A stretch of DNA of 62,879 nucleotides, filler included, from Thraustochytrium aureum (GCA_012862495.1; 4 parts of 2 records of this genome joined end to end with filler, not necessarily neighbours in it), one strand, 5' to 3'; shown: positions 48,499 to 59,675, counted from the first letter of the whole stretch. Notes: generated by a model from the letters alone, not told the origin. A program made the numbers and translations.

Positions 48499-48732
48499 GA
48501 ACTCGTCCATCGCGCTGGGGTCTGGCTTGATCGAGCTGGTGCGAAAGTGCGTGTGGATCATGATGGCGACGTGGAAGAGCTCGTTGACATCGTCGACCGA
48601 GATGAGCCGCAGCTCGCAGGCGACGCCGCACGGCTTTTGCTCGAACTCGTTGAAGGAGACGGCGCGGTTGTGGCGCGTCGACTTGCGGGCGACGGCCTTC
48701 TGCCCGTTCACCTTGACGGCAACCTGAGCCAT
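48499..48732 (-). CDS. Cys-less pentameric ligand-gated ion channel paralogue 1 (5' part only, truncated by scaffold end)
   Basis: MAQVAVKV..RHNRAVSFNEFEQKPCGVACELRLISVDDVNELFHVAIMIHTHFRTS aligns closely with the N-terminus of 50385-51626. Confidence 0.85.
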
Positions 48733-50384
48733 GATGGTGCAAAGTGCTTCCTTCGTCTGCGTTCGTAATTTGCACGCCCGAGTTGCGTTCTGGGTCTGGA
48801 CTGCTTTCCTTTCTCCTGCTCTGCTCGTTTTGCTTTGCTGGGTGCTCTTCAAGAGGTGAAAGGGTAGCAACTCCAGATTGTGCTGCGTGCGACGCCAACG
48901 CTGGATCGTTCCATGAACACAATTCACAAGTTCATGCACTTGGAGTGGTGCAGAGCAAGTGCAGAGTATGCATCTCGCGACATTCGGCTCTTCTGGACTC
49001 AGCTGGCCTGGCTTTACAGGCGGCCCCCTCTGCTCTCTCAACAGCAACGCGCGGCCTCAATGGCACAGGTGAGAGGGAGGGGCATTTGAACTTCAACCGA
49101 TGCACGTGGTACCGCCTTGTGGACACGCCAACTCTGCTAGTACTGCATAAAACGAGCTAGCTAGGGAAGAGGCAGCAGCCCCTCCCTCCTGCACATGCCG
49201 CGTTTCTGCTCATGCCACTGATAAGCTGGCTGCTGCTGACGCGATGCAGTTCGAACGCCGCGCTCCGGCGCGCCCCTCCCAGCGACCTTGAGCGAAGCCA
49301 GCCACTCAGGCTGCTTCCAATGCTCCTAGCATTCAATCGCGTGCCTTGCACAACTTGACCGTGAACGTTGACCGTGAACTAAAAACCTAAGGAGAGGACA
49401 GGCCAGGGCCAGGCTGAACTGGATTCTGAGGAGCCCAGCTTCCTTCACTCCTGAACAGAGGCGAGTCGCGTGCGTGCCACTCGAATGTCGCGCGCAACGC
49501 ACGGCGTTCAACTCGCGCAGGACCTGGTGAGAACTGAGCGAGTGGTTTGAGTACTTCACTGGCGGCTGCGAGTGGCGGCAGGAAGCGGAGCAAGCAGGTA
49601 CTGACTAGAGTACCTACCTACCTACTGCGCCACGCGGTCCGACAGGGCGCGTTCCGAGAGCAGAGACCTCCACCGAGTCGGATCCTCCTTGCCTTCAAGT
49701 TCGCCAGCTCGTCACCTGGTCGCGTTATCCTGAAAGCCGACGTGCACACGCCAGCAAGCAGGAAATGAGTCGCGTGGGGAACGCGGTTGCCGCATGGCAC
49801 GGGTTCAACTTTCTTCAACTTTCAGGACCTTGAGCTTACTCGCCACGGTGAGCCTCTTCGACGTGCTCGGTCTCACGAGGTGAGCGTGGTTTTTGACAAG
49901 TACGCTGCGTACTCACCTGCTCCACCTCATTTCTTTTCTTTCCAGTTTGGACGTCTCCAGGTCCAACCAAAACGCCTTCTGCAACTTCACTACTCACTTC
50001 TGGGTTCTTCCTCGATTGCTACCCCCAAAGTGGGCTGTTCTCGCCGGCGAACGAACGGCGGGGGATGCTGATTCCCGACCAACTCGACGAGAACCCAGCA
50101 GGAGTAGGAAATGTGTCACCATTTCGAACAACTTGATTTTTGATTGAACAATGCGTAAGTACTACATCCATGAGGATGCTGGAAAAGACTGGTGGTGGAG
50201 GCTGCTGCTCTCAATCCATCATGATCGTCGCAGGCACAGCGCAGTCATCACAAAACCCGCAGCCGGGGTGCTCCCCCTCCGCATTGCAAAAGCCAAAAAC
50301 AGACGAGGCCAGCGGCAGATCACAAACGCGACAAGGCGCTGTCCGTCTCCGAGTCGAGCCACGCAGACCCACGACGCGACAAAG

Positions 50385-51626
50385 ATGAGGTCAAACTCCG
50401 TCGCCGTGCAAATCAAGCAGGCGCGCACAAGCGGGCGCCACAACCGGGCGATCTCGTTCGACGAGGTCACTGGCCAAAAGCCCGCGGGCGTGGCGTGCGA
50501 GCTCAAGCTGCTCAGCGTCGACGATGTGAACGAAACGTTCCAAGTGGCTTGCCTGATCCACACGCACTACCGGACGAGCGAGGTCCAGCCTGACAAGAGC
50601 GCGCACAACGAATTCGTGCGCGAGGACGACTTTAAGGGCTTCCGGCCCGAAATCGTCGTCACCAACGTGGTCCAGCAACAGTACCTCGACTGGCACGTCA
50701 CCACCCGCATCAACCGGTACACGGGCGACGTCTGGACCTCGTACAACAACCTGTTCAACATCAACGAGTCGCTCGAGCTGCAAAAGTTCCCGTTCGACAT
50801 GCAGCTTTTTCGCGTGCAATTCAAGTCCCCAAACGCGGCGCTTGACCTGTGGCAGCTACCGGTCGACATCCTCGACTTTCCCGCCGCGAGCGACCCCGTG
50901 ATGGACCAAGCGCCCTATGTCCTGAGCAGCGAGCTCAACCAGTGGAGCGTCATTGGCATCGAGGTGGGGCTCCACGGCGACGATCCCGACCCGGTGTCGC
51001 TTACCAAGGGCGAGTTCAAGATCACGATCAAGGCAGAGCGCGACCCGCTCTATTATCTCAAGAACTTTAGCTTTGTGCTTTTCCTGATCGTGCTCGGCAA
51101 CCTGGCCTGCATGGGGGTCAGCCCTTCGTCCACCGCGGACCGGATGAACATCACCATCGTGCTGCTGCTCACCGCCGTGGCCTTCAAGTTTGTGCTCACG
51201 AGCAGCCTGCCCAAGGTTGGCTACTCGACCCTACAGGACAAGTACGTGCTCAGCGCGTTCGTGTTCCTCATGTTTGGCATCATGGAGAACATCCTGGTCT
51301 CCGACCGCGTGCGCTGCCTCCCTATCTCGCTCCGCTACGGCAACTCGGTGCAGTGCCTTGCCGAGCAAAACGACGAGGAGACGCTCAACTGGGTCATCAT
51401 GATGGACGCCTATTTTTCGCTTGTCTACGGCGTGGCCTGGATTGGCCTCTTCTTCGCCCTCACCCTCGTCTCGTACGTCCCAAGACTCATCCGCCCTTCC
51501 TGGGCCTATGTCGTCAAGAACCAGGTCGGCGATGTGGAGAGCACTATCAAGCGCGCTCTGCTTGTCGAAGACCTGGACGGCGAGTACGAGGGCAGCTTTC
51601 GCCGCCCCAACCCGCCGACGCTCTGA
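50385..51626 (+). CDS. Cys-less pentameric ligand-gated ion channel (Pro-loop) paralogue 2
   Basis: SVDDVNETF (beta1-2), FRPEIVVTN (loop A), ELQKFPFDMQ (Pro-loop), ERDPLYYL (pre-M1), DRMNITIVLLLTAVAFK (M2), SLPKVGYSTLQDKY (M2-M3), then M4. Confidence 0.92.
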   Translation: MRSNSVAVQIKQARTSGRHNRAISFDEVTGQKPAGVACELKLLSVDDVNETFQVACLIHTHYRTSEVQPDKSAHNEFVREDDFKGFRPEIVVTNVVQQQYLDWHVTTRINRYTGDVWTSYNNLFNINESLELQKFPFDMQLFRVQFKSPNAALDLWQLPVDILDFPAASDPVMDQAPYVLSSELNQWSVIGIEVGLHGDDPDPVSLTKGEFKITIKAERDPLYYLKNFSFVLFLIVLGNLACMGVSPSSTADRMNITIVLLLTAVAFKFVLTSSLPKVGYSTLQDKYVLSAFVFLMFGIMENILVSDRVRCLPISLRYGNSVQCLAEQNDEETLNWVIMMDAYFSLVYGVAWIGLFFALTLVSYVPRLIRPSWAYVVKNQVGDVESTIKRALLVEDLDGEYEGSFRRPNPPTL

Positions 51627-51809
51627 GAAGCCTTGAAACGCGTATTTGCCACTGCCGTCGCCACGAGCTTGCAGCTTGGCCGCGCATGCCGAATCGCTCT
51701 CCGCAATACCACAACAAATTCTCAAATCATTTTGTTCACTGTCAACTCCGCTCTCCGCTGCGCGCCTTCGCGGACACGCGCTCTCTAGCTAGCTAGTAGC
51801 TGCTGCCTA

Positions 51810-53081
51810 CTAGACTGGTGAACTGCGCGGCGAGGTCAGGTCGAGCTGCTCAACGCTCAAGTCTTGCGAGCTGGCGAGCTCAAGCTCGGAAGCGTCATCA
51901 ACCAGCCCGCTGAGCGCCAGGACGTACTCATCAATCGAAAGCACTCCGGACGCCACCTGGGCGTTCAGAGCGCTCACCAGCGCGCAACTCTCGCGGCTGC
52001 TCCAAGAGGACGACCCGCGCCGTCCCAAGCGATTTGAGGCGCTCGCAGACCGATCCCTGTTGTTGGACGGCGAGCTCCCAGCGCTGCACGCACTGTCTCC
52101 CAAGTGCGGCTGGGCCTTTTCATTCTCGCCGCCCGGCTCCGCGCACCCAGCTGCCTGGTCGACGTCGTCGGGCTCTATTGGTAGCATTGCGTTTGCAGCT
52201 GCGCGCATCACGCTCTGCGACCGCTGCTGCGCGTGCTCGAGCTCCTGGCGCAGCCGCCTTATCTCGGCGTCTTTGGCGCGCAAGACCACTTCCGACTCGC
52301 GGACCACAGAGTCTAGCACCTCACGCAGATCCGCAGCGCTGCCAATCCCTGCACCTTCTGTGCCGGGCGCCGACGCGGCGACGGCGCTTGGCGACCGCGC
52401 TACTAGGGCAACCGGCTCGCGCTCCACGAGGCAGACGCACGTTCTTCGGTGCACGCGCAGTCGCGCAAATGAAGCTTTGCCCGGCGCGTTGCGCGGGGTT
52501 TGCAGCGCCGCAAAGTCAAACCCGTAGCGCCACTCGCCGGCCTGCCACCCGCGCGCACCCCAAGCGCAAGCTCTGGAGCGCAGCCGCCGCTCTACTTGAT
52601 CCGGCTCCAAGTCCCACATCGACGCGGCCAGGGCGTCGCCCTCGGCGGTCGTCCACGGCGCCGGGTCGATCGGAAGGAGCCGCGAGCTCCAGCCGAGGAA
52701 CGGGTAAAAGCGCTGCCTTTCCACGACCCGCACCTCGAGGCGTTCTTGACCATGTAGCGCCAAGGTGTCGCCATCAAGGTCGGCCCCCAGGTCGCCCTCG
52801 TCGGGCTCGTAGATTTCGTCGGGCGCGCCTCCCTCGTCTTCCCACTGCGTGGCTTCTGTCGGAGTTGGCGACGGCGCCCTCTTCTTCGGGCCTCTATGCT
52901 CGTGCAACGTTCGACCGCGCGTCGCGTGGCTGTTCTTCTGCGCCGTGATCGGCTCCACTATGCTCTGAGCGGCCTGAGCGGCTTTTTGGCAAAGCCTTTG
53001 CTTCGAGTCCAGCTTGCCGGCGCCACGGCCTTCGCCGCCAGCCCGGTCAGCCTGCATCTCCCGCACCGAGGGGCCAACCAA
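51810..53081 (-). CDS. Dysferlin (DysF)/Pex24-like domain protein with coiled coil
   Basis: VVERQRFYPFLGWSSRLLPIDPAPWT..WRYGFDF..FARLRVHRR resembles DysF-N and DysF-C motifs; coiled coil KDAEIRRLRQELEHAQ. Start uncertain. Confidence 0.65.
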   Translation of the reverse strand: MVGPSVREMQADRAGGEGRGAGKLDSKQRLCQKAAQAAQSIVEPITAQKNSHATRGRTLHEHRGPKKRAPSPTPTEATQWEDEGGAPDEIYEPDEGDLGADLDGDTLALHGQERLEVRVVERQRFYPFLGWSSRLLPIDPAPWTTAEGDALAASMWDLEPDQVERRLRSRACAWGARGWQAGEWRYGFDFAALQTPRNAPGKASFARLRVHRRTCVCLVEREPVALVARSPSAVAASAPGTEGAGIGSAADLREVLDSVVRESEVVLRAKDAEIRRLRQELEHAQQRSQSVMRAAANAMLPIEPDDVDQAAGCAEPGGENEKAQPHLGDSACSAGSSPSNNRDRSASASNRLGRRGSSSWSSRESCALVSALNAQVASGVLSIDEYVLALSGLVDDASELELASSQDLSVEQLDLTSPRSSPV

Positions 53082-53950
53082 CCCTCCTTCTTTCCTTCCT
53101 TCCTAGCTTGGCGAGCGCTGCCTGCGTCGCGACTTTCTTGCGCTGGCAGTCGCTTCGAATCGGGGTCTGCCATCACGCGCTGCCTCCGCCACCGCAGCGC
53201 GTCCATTTCCTTTCCTTGCTTCGACTCGCTGGACCGCCTGGACACATCCCTGGACTTCGTGGGGGACAGACAGCAAAGACAGCAAGCCCCGAGGAGGTCA
53301 AGCGGTGGGTGCTGGCGAGGCCTGGTGCGGCCTTGATGCGACCTTTCGCCGGGGAGGGTCTTGCCGAAACATTGAGTAACGTAACGCCGCGAATGTGGCC
53401 AAACGTGCGCCTTGACAAAAATCAAGCGTACTAGTACTCCCTAAGGCCTTGGACTCTGCAAGTCCCAGATGACCGGGTGCATGTCCAGGACGCACGCGCG
53501 TGCATTTGGATCCAGCGTTCCTTTTGCTCGACCGCCGTGCCTGTGTACCGGTACCGGTACGCCGAGCAGGATGCTCCTTGGTGAACGTGTCGAGCGGCCG
53601 GCCGCTCTTCCTTCCTTGCTCGCGGAACGGGGAGGGGTTTCCTCTGTCGCGTTCGTGCTGTCAAAAATGGCATGGCATTGTTCGCAATGGTGCCAAGCAG
53701 CCGAGCTCATATCCTACCGGAAGCACAGAGGCGCCCAAGAGGCGCCTGAGCTTTCTCATGCTGTCCAACCTTGTGCGAATCGCGAAGAAACGGCAAGAGC
53801 GAGGACGGCAACGGGCCAGGCCGACCCATTACCGCAGCAGCCCGATCGCACCAACGAAAGAAAGAATAAAATCGGTTGGTACTAGTACCGGTATTGTCAA
53901 TTTGCGCTGTCGCGGTCCAGCGACCGGAGGTCGAGCAACGTCAACGTCGA

Positions 53951-55399
53951 CTAGTTGTCGCTCTTGAGCACAGGGGTGTACCTGAAGCGCTCCTCATCCC
54001 GCCATCCGAATTTGACCTTCTTGCCAGTCCCCGACGCCGATTTGAGAGAATTGTCATAGTCCCAGGCCCACGTCGTGCGCTTGACCGTCTCTTCCGTCTC
54101 GCCGATCTGGTTGCGAATGACAAAGTCCCACTCTGGGCGGACCAGGGATGGAATGTAGCTCACGACAACAGAGGCGAGGTTGATGAGGGTCCAGCAGACG
54201 ACATAGATAAGCTGGAAGATCCCGTCCAGGCGCGTCGCGGCCACCGTCGCCTGCGCCTTGCAACTATCAAAGCTCGCCGCGAACTGCTCCGCCGTCTGGT
54301 CAGACCCAAAGTACACCGAAAGGCAGCGCGACTGGGGCGCAACCACAACCTGCTCCAGGGCGCCGACGGCGAGAAAAGCAAACGCAAGCAGGATGTAGGC
54401 GTCGAGGTACGTCTGGTAGCCGACCTTGGGCAGCGTCGAGCTGAGCGTAAACTTGAAGGCGACGGCGGTGAGGAGCAAGGCGCTCGAAAAGGCCAGCCGG
54501 TCGGCAGGCTCGTCGACGCCGATGGCCGCGCTGCAAGCGTTGAGCAAGACGATCAGGTACATGACGAGCACGTAGTTGCAGAGGAAGAAGATCGGGTCGC
54601 GCTCGGCCTTGATCATGATCTCCAGCTCCGCCCGGGTCAGAGACACGGGGTCCGCGTCTTCGCTGTAAATGCCCACCTCGACGTCTTGCATCTTCCACGT
54701 GTTGAGCTCGCAGCTCACCAGGAACGGCGAGTCGTTCGGGATGGCCTCGTCGTCGTCGTCGTCCTCATCCTCGCCTTCGCCGGCCTCGAGGTCGTCACGC
54801 GCGTCGCCATCCTGCACTGCAGGCAACATGGCCNNNNNNNNNNNNNNNNNNNNNNNNNNNNNNNNNNNNNNNNNNNNNNNNNNNNNNNNNNNNNNNNNNN
54901 NNNNNNNNNNNNNNNNNNNGCCATCCTGCACTGCAGGCAACATGGCCATCGACTTGCTCGCTACGCGTTGCAGCAGGCTCTTTGGCTTCTTGAACTGGTC
55001 TGGGAAGTCGAGGTCGTCCAGAGCAAGGCTCCAGATCTTGAACTGCGCATTGGGCGACTTGAACCCGACGCGAAACAGCTGCCTGTCGAATGGGAACTGA
55101 AACAGCTCGAGCGACTCGTTGATGTGGCACACGGTCTGAAAGGCGGCCCACACATCCTGCGTGCTTCGCCGCACACGAATCACGCAGTCAAAGTCTCCGC
55201 CCTCAACGAGGTTCACAAGCACAATTTTCGGCAGTTCGCCCTTGTATTCGGGTTCGCGCTCGAACGTGTCTTTCTTGGCATCCTTGGACACGTATTGCGT
55301 GTCCTTCCAGTGCGTGTGGATCAGCAGCGCCACGTGAAACGTCTCGGACACGTCGTCCACGCTGAGCAGCTTGATTTCGCACGCCACGCCGACTTCCAT
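53951..55399 (-). CDS. Cys-less pentameric ligand-gated ion channel paralogue 3
   Basis: GVACEIKLLSVDDVSETFHV, ELFQFPFDRQ, ERDPIFFL and PADRLAFSSALLLTAVAFKFTLSSTLPKVGYQTYLDAY. The gap at 54834-54919 is an overlap artefact. Confidence 0.92.
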   Translation of the reverse strand: MEVGVACEIKLLSVDDVSETFHVALLIHTHWKDTQYVSKDAKKDTFEREPEYKGELPKIVLVNLVEGGDFDCVIRVRRSTQDVWAAFQTVCHINESLELFQFPFDRQLFRVGFKSPNAQFKIWSLALDDLDFPDQFKKPKSLLQRVASKSMAMLPAVQDGXXXXXXXXXXXXXXXXXXXXXXXXXXXXXAMLPAVQDGDARDDLEAGEGEDEDDDDDEAIPNDSPFLVSCELNTWKMQDVEVGIYSEDADPVSLTRAELEIMIKAERDPIFFLCNYVLVMYLIVLLNACSAAIGVDEPADRLAFSSALLLTAVAFKFTLSSTLPKVGYQTYLDAYILLAFAFLAVGALEQVVVAPQSRCLSVYFGSDQTAEQFAASFDSCKAQATVAATRLDGIFQLIYVVCWTLINLASVVVSYIPSLVRPEWDFVIRNQIGETEETVKRTTWAWDYDNSLKSASGTGKKVKFGWRDEERFRYTPVLKSDN

Positions 55400-56413
55400 C
55401 TTGCCCTGGGCCTTCGCAGGTCAACCTTGTCCGTCTGTTACGCGCGAGTTGGCCCTTGCTGAGCTTGGGTCGCAAACGATGTGGGTTTGCTTGGGGGTCG
55501 TCGGTCGATGGATCGATCGATCCATGGATCGATCGATCGACGAATTAGGTGATTGAGCGATTGACTCTGACTAATTCTTTTCTATGGCGTTCTCTCGTCA
55601 CCAGTCGTCGGAATTTGCCAACTAGAGAAGCTTGAAGGCGCTCCGCTCAACAACAATCAAGCAACCTCAGGATGCACTCTCGCGTGCTCCTCACTCCCCG
55701 CCAACGAGCGTGCGTCGAGGCCCCGCTCCATCTGAATTGTGAATTCTGACCTGGAAAACCTTTTATCTTCCGAGAGGCGGGAGCTGCAGGTGCAGGGTCG
55801 CCCTCACCCGCACACTTGCACAAACATACACACCTCGCCCAACCAGCCAAACAATACGCTCCAAGGCTAGACTTGCTTTCGCGTTTCCGCGTCACTGGCA
55901 CACCTGCGCGCTCCGCTGTCGCTTTCCCGTTTTCCGCACAAACACACCCGACTCGGAAGCACAAGGTCGGATGGTTGTGTTGGATCGATCGATCGAGTGT
56001 ATTTATCGCTTTCGTTTTTTACGAGAGCAGGAACAGGTCGGATCGAAGTCAACTTCGGAGAATGATGACTTGCCAGTGGCGAGTGGTGACGACTTGACTT
56101 TCCACGCCACGCGTGCGAGGCGCACACCTCTCCAACATGGGTATACTACTAGTAGAAGCAAGGAGGATCCGACTTGCTCTAGCTAGGTAGCTGTAGGTTA
56201 GGTTTTGCTGTCCAAGCACACTCTGGGAATGGTCGGTGGCCAGGACGCTGCTTGCTACCTACCCACGCCCAGCTGTCAGGCTGCGCGCTTGCAGGGAGCG
56301 GGCTTGGTGACTGCGATGGGGATGGCTCGGCTTCAAAGTCGGCGGCCGCATTCGTAGTTCGTTTCGATTCTCTACTTCTAGCGCTCTCCTCCAGCCTCCA
56401 TGCAGCTTGCTAG

Positions 56414-57363
56414 CTAGGCGCGTTTCCGCGCGGCCTGGACAAGCTCGTCCTGCTTGGCCATGTGCTCCTGGTGCCGCGCGCTCGCGAGGTACTGCTGCGC
56501 CACGAAACGCCGAGCATGACCTTGGCTAGCGGGTGGCGGTCCAAAACCCGCGGAGCTCCGTGACTGCCTCTGTAGCCGGTCCCGTCACGAGCGTGCCCAC
56601 GCCCAAGGCGGTACTCATAATGAGTGCCCCGATCATCGTAGACCGCACAAAGCGGTCGGGCTTGAAGAACTCGCCCACCGGAAGGCGACGGTCCGCGGGC
56701 TGCAGATAGTACCCGCGCACCTCGTTGCCCGGCGCGGAGATCACGCAAGAGGCCAGCACCGTGAGGAACATGACCACAAAGCGGCCCGACGCGCTCTTGG
56801 CCAGGTCGGGGTTGGACTTGAGCAGCGCCGTCTGCACGTTGTTGCGGCAGATTCCGTACACGATGTCACGCAGCACGGTCGGCAGGTATGCCTTGTACAG
56901 CGAACCCAGGTCAACGGGGATGCCCACCGACTTGCAGTAACGGTAGTTTGTAATCGGCAACGTCGCCGTGGTGAACACCGCGCCAAGAAGAGCTCCTCGC
57001 GCAGACCCGGTCAGCTTGATGTTGGCCAGCATCATGTTCACCACCTCGAAGAAGGGAAACTTGGTCATGTTGGTCAAAATTGTCGTGTTGAAGAACTTGG
57101 CCATCATCTCCACGTTCACCTCGGCCATCGCCTCGGACAGCGTCATCCCTGCGCGCCGCGCGCGTCAGCCACCAAGCGCCGCAAGCCAACAGGTTCTCCA
57201 GCCTCGATGCGCTGCACTTACGGTTCACGAGCACGCGGTTCACGACTGGCTCGGTCACGGAGCTCAGCGCCGCCGCCACGACGGCTCCGGCGGCGCCTTG
57301 CGACGCGGCGCCGACCACGCGGCCCGCGAACGACAGCTCGGCTGCCTCCTTGCTCATCGCCAT
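56414..57363 (-). CDS. Divergent mitochondrial carrier family (SLC25-like) protein; intron 57221-57149
   Basis: Splicing GTAAGT...GCAG joins ..EPVVNRVLVN-R-MTLSEA... Three degenerate signature motifs (PVVNRVL, PITNYRY, PGNEVRG) plus LYKAYLPTVLRDIVY. Two T-run deletions near 56555 and 56505 would extend the frame to the TAG at 56414. Confidence 0.7.
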
Positions 57364-57759
57364 CTTGCTTCTCCTCGCCGCCAACCTGGGCCCGCCGCCA
57401 ACGCGCCGCTCTGCTCGCAAACTAGCGAAGAATCCCGCGGTCCCTCCTCGGCTTCCACCCCGCGTTGAGAGCTTGGGCGCACCTGCTGCCGACGTTGCCG
57501 GCTGCCCGTCCGACCGCTGCACGTTGAGTCCTCTTCCGGGCCGCGAGTCCAGTCCTATCGTTTCTCGCACAGGGGACCAAGGGCGGGCGGTGGACGAGGC
57601 CTCGAAGCGAGCAGCGAGTCATTGCCCAGACCTTGCGGNNNNNNNNNNNNNNNNNNNNNNNNNNNNNNNNNNNNNNNNNNNNNNNNNNNNNNNNNNNNNN
57701 NNNNNNNNNNNNNNNNNNNNNNNNNNNNNNNNNNNNNNNNNNNGAACCTCCTGAGGCAC

Positions 57760-58054
57760 ATGCTGGGGCTTTGGCCGTCTGACGTCCACGTGATGCTGGG
57801 GCTTTGGCCGTCTGACGTCCACATGATGCTGGGGCTTGGCCGTCTGATGTCCACGTGATGCTGCGGCTTTGGCCGTCTGATGTCCACTTGATGCTGGGGC
57901 TTGGCCGTCTGATATCCACTGGATGCTGGGGCTTTGGCCGTCTGCCGTCCACTTGATGCTGGGGCTTTGGCCGTCTGCCGTCCACTTGATGCTGGGGCTT
58001 TGGCCGTCTGATATCCACTTGATGCTGCGGCTTTGGCCGTCTGACGTCCACGTG
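57760..58054. repeat. 33-bp minisatellite x9 (ATGCTGGGGCTTTGGCCGTCTGACGTCCACTTG consensus-like)
   Basis: Head-to-tail copies start at about 57760, 57793, 57826, 57858, 57891, 57923, 57956, 57989 and 58022; no unique spacers. Confidence 0.95.
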
Positions 58055-58687
58055 TGGCCGCGGCTGCCGCGCGCATTGCGCACTCTGACGAAGCCGGTGG
58101 TACTTGCTAACGATCTGCCCACGGGTGCGCGATACATGAACCCACTGGAGGCTGCGAGCAGAACTCCTCATGCTCGCTCACAAGTTGTAGGAGAGTGCGT
58201 ACGAGTAGAGTACATACCTGGTACTCATCAATCCGCGCGGCATTGCTCCGCGGCTCCGCAAGCTCAAGCTTGAAGAGGCTTGCGTCACGCCATCCGTCGC
58301 GTGAAAAGCGCTCGCAAGTGCACGCAGGTGGACGGCGCTGCGCCAGCCGATGTACATGCGCCGTTGGTGGGAGGCGCCTTTCGCAACACCAACGCAACAA
58401 TTTGCGCAATGCCGGATGCTGCCGCCTGACTGACTGTCCTAACTAACCTCCACATCCGCTCCACGGCGCCGTCCACCACAATGGATCTTGGTCGCGCGAA
58501 CTGACGGTGTGTGATTTTGGGACTGCCAGGGTTGACTGAGTCCGGACTCCAAACGCGCAATCCTCCAGACTCCAAACGCGCAAGCCTCCCGCAACGAAAC
58601 GCGAGCGCCGGCGCAGGACAGGCAGCGTCAGGACAGCTTGGACGCGAGGCGCGAGGCACACGGGGTTGGGCGACGGCAGCCAGCGAG

Positions 58688-59593
58688 ATGGCCACCAACG
58701 CGACGGAGGCGGTGCTCTGGGGTTGGGTTGAAGCTGACAACCTTCGAGCGTTCCTGGACAACCCGTGGCTGTGCTGGGGGCTGGGGCCGCTGGTGGCAGT
58801 AAATGTGGGCCACTTTGTCCCTCTCTTTGTGTTGGAGTTTGTGCTGAGCACTGGCCTGGCCGCCAACGCGATGATCGAGTACGGAGTCAAGGGCCGCTCG
58901 TACAAGCCGCGCGCCGAGGCGGTCAAGCTGACCCAGAAGAAGGTCAGCTACGCCGAGCAGTGGCGCGTGGCGACGCTCAACATGCTGGGCCCCATGGCCA
59001 TCTTAAACTCGGTCTTGTCGAGCCTTTTGCTGCCGTACTTTTTGCCAACCCCGGCAAACCTGACGCCGTCCCTGGCAGAGTTTCTGCTGCACTTTGTTCT
59101 CCTGGAGCTCGTGGGCGACTTTTTTTTGTACGTGTTTCACCGCCTCGAGCACGAGTACTTTTGGGACTTTCACAAGTACCACCACATGATCGACACGCCA
59201 ACGCCCGTGAGCACCGTCTGCATCGATAGCGTGGACGCCACTCTGCAGGCCGGCCTCCCGCTCCTGCTCAGCTCTATCATCGTGCGCCCGCACCCGCTCA
59301 CCAACTATGCCTACATGGCGGCCCGCCTCTTCGAAAACGTCGCCAACCACTCTGGCATCGACCACTGGCTGCTCGACCTCGTGCTCCTCAAGGTCCTCCC
59401 GGGCCGTGCCAGCGTTGCGCACCACGACTCGCATCACAAGTACAGCAACCACGCAGGGCACAGCAAGAACCTCGCGGAGAACTTTTGGATCTTTGATTGG
59501 ATGTTTGGCACGCTCGGCAAGACGTCGGCGGCCGGCAAGCCCGCCGCGCAGACCGAGCCGGACGAGCCGCCCGGCAAGTCCAAAGCGCAGTAG
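58688..59593 (+). CDS. Fatty-acid hydroxylase / sterol desaturase superfamily enzyme (methylsterol-oxidase-like)
   Basis: Histidine boxes DFFLYVFHRLEH, FHKYHH, NHSG and HHDSHH, plus IFDWMFGT; several TM segments. Confidence 0.92.
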   Translation: MATNATEAVLWGWVEADNLRAFLDNPWLCWGLGPLVAVNVGHFVPLFVLEFVLSTGLAANAMIEYGVKGRSYKPRAEAVKLTQKKVSYAEQWRVATLNMLGPMAILNSVLSSLLLPYFLPTPANLTPSLAEFLLHFVLLELVGDFFLYVFHRLEHEYFWDFHKYHHMIDTPTPVSTVCIDSVDATLQAGLPLLLSSIIVRPHPLTNYAYMAARLFENVANHSGIDHWLLDLVLLKVLPGRASVAHHDSHHKYSNHAGHSKNLAENFWIFDWMFGTLGKTSAAGKPAAQTEPDEPPGKSKAQ

Positions 59594-59675
59594 GTTATCT
59601 CTTGAAAGTAAACAAAGCAGGCGGTCGAGGTCATACAACCTACAAACAACGAGATATTTTTTTACAGTTCAGGCG

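Noticed and set aside
54806..54947. Duplicated AMLPAVQDG on both sides of the gap in channel paralogue 3
   Set aside because: Identical 28-bp contig-end overlap, most likely an unmerged join rather than a real repeat or target-site duplication.
57760..58054. Possible CRISPR array
   Set aside because: Units are head-to-tail with no unique spacers, there are no cas genes, and the context is eukaryotic. It is a minisatellite.
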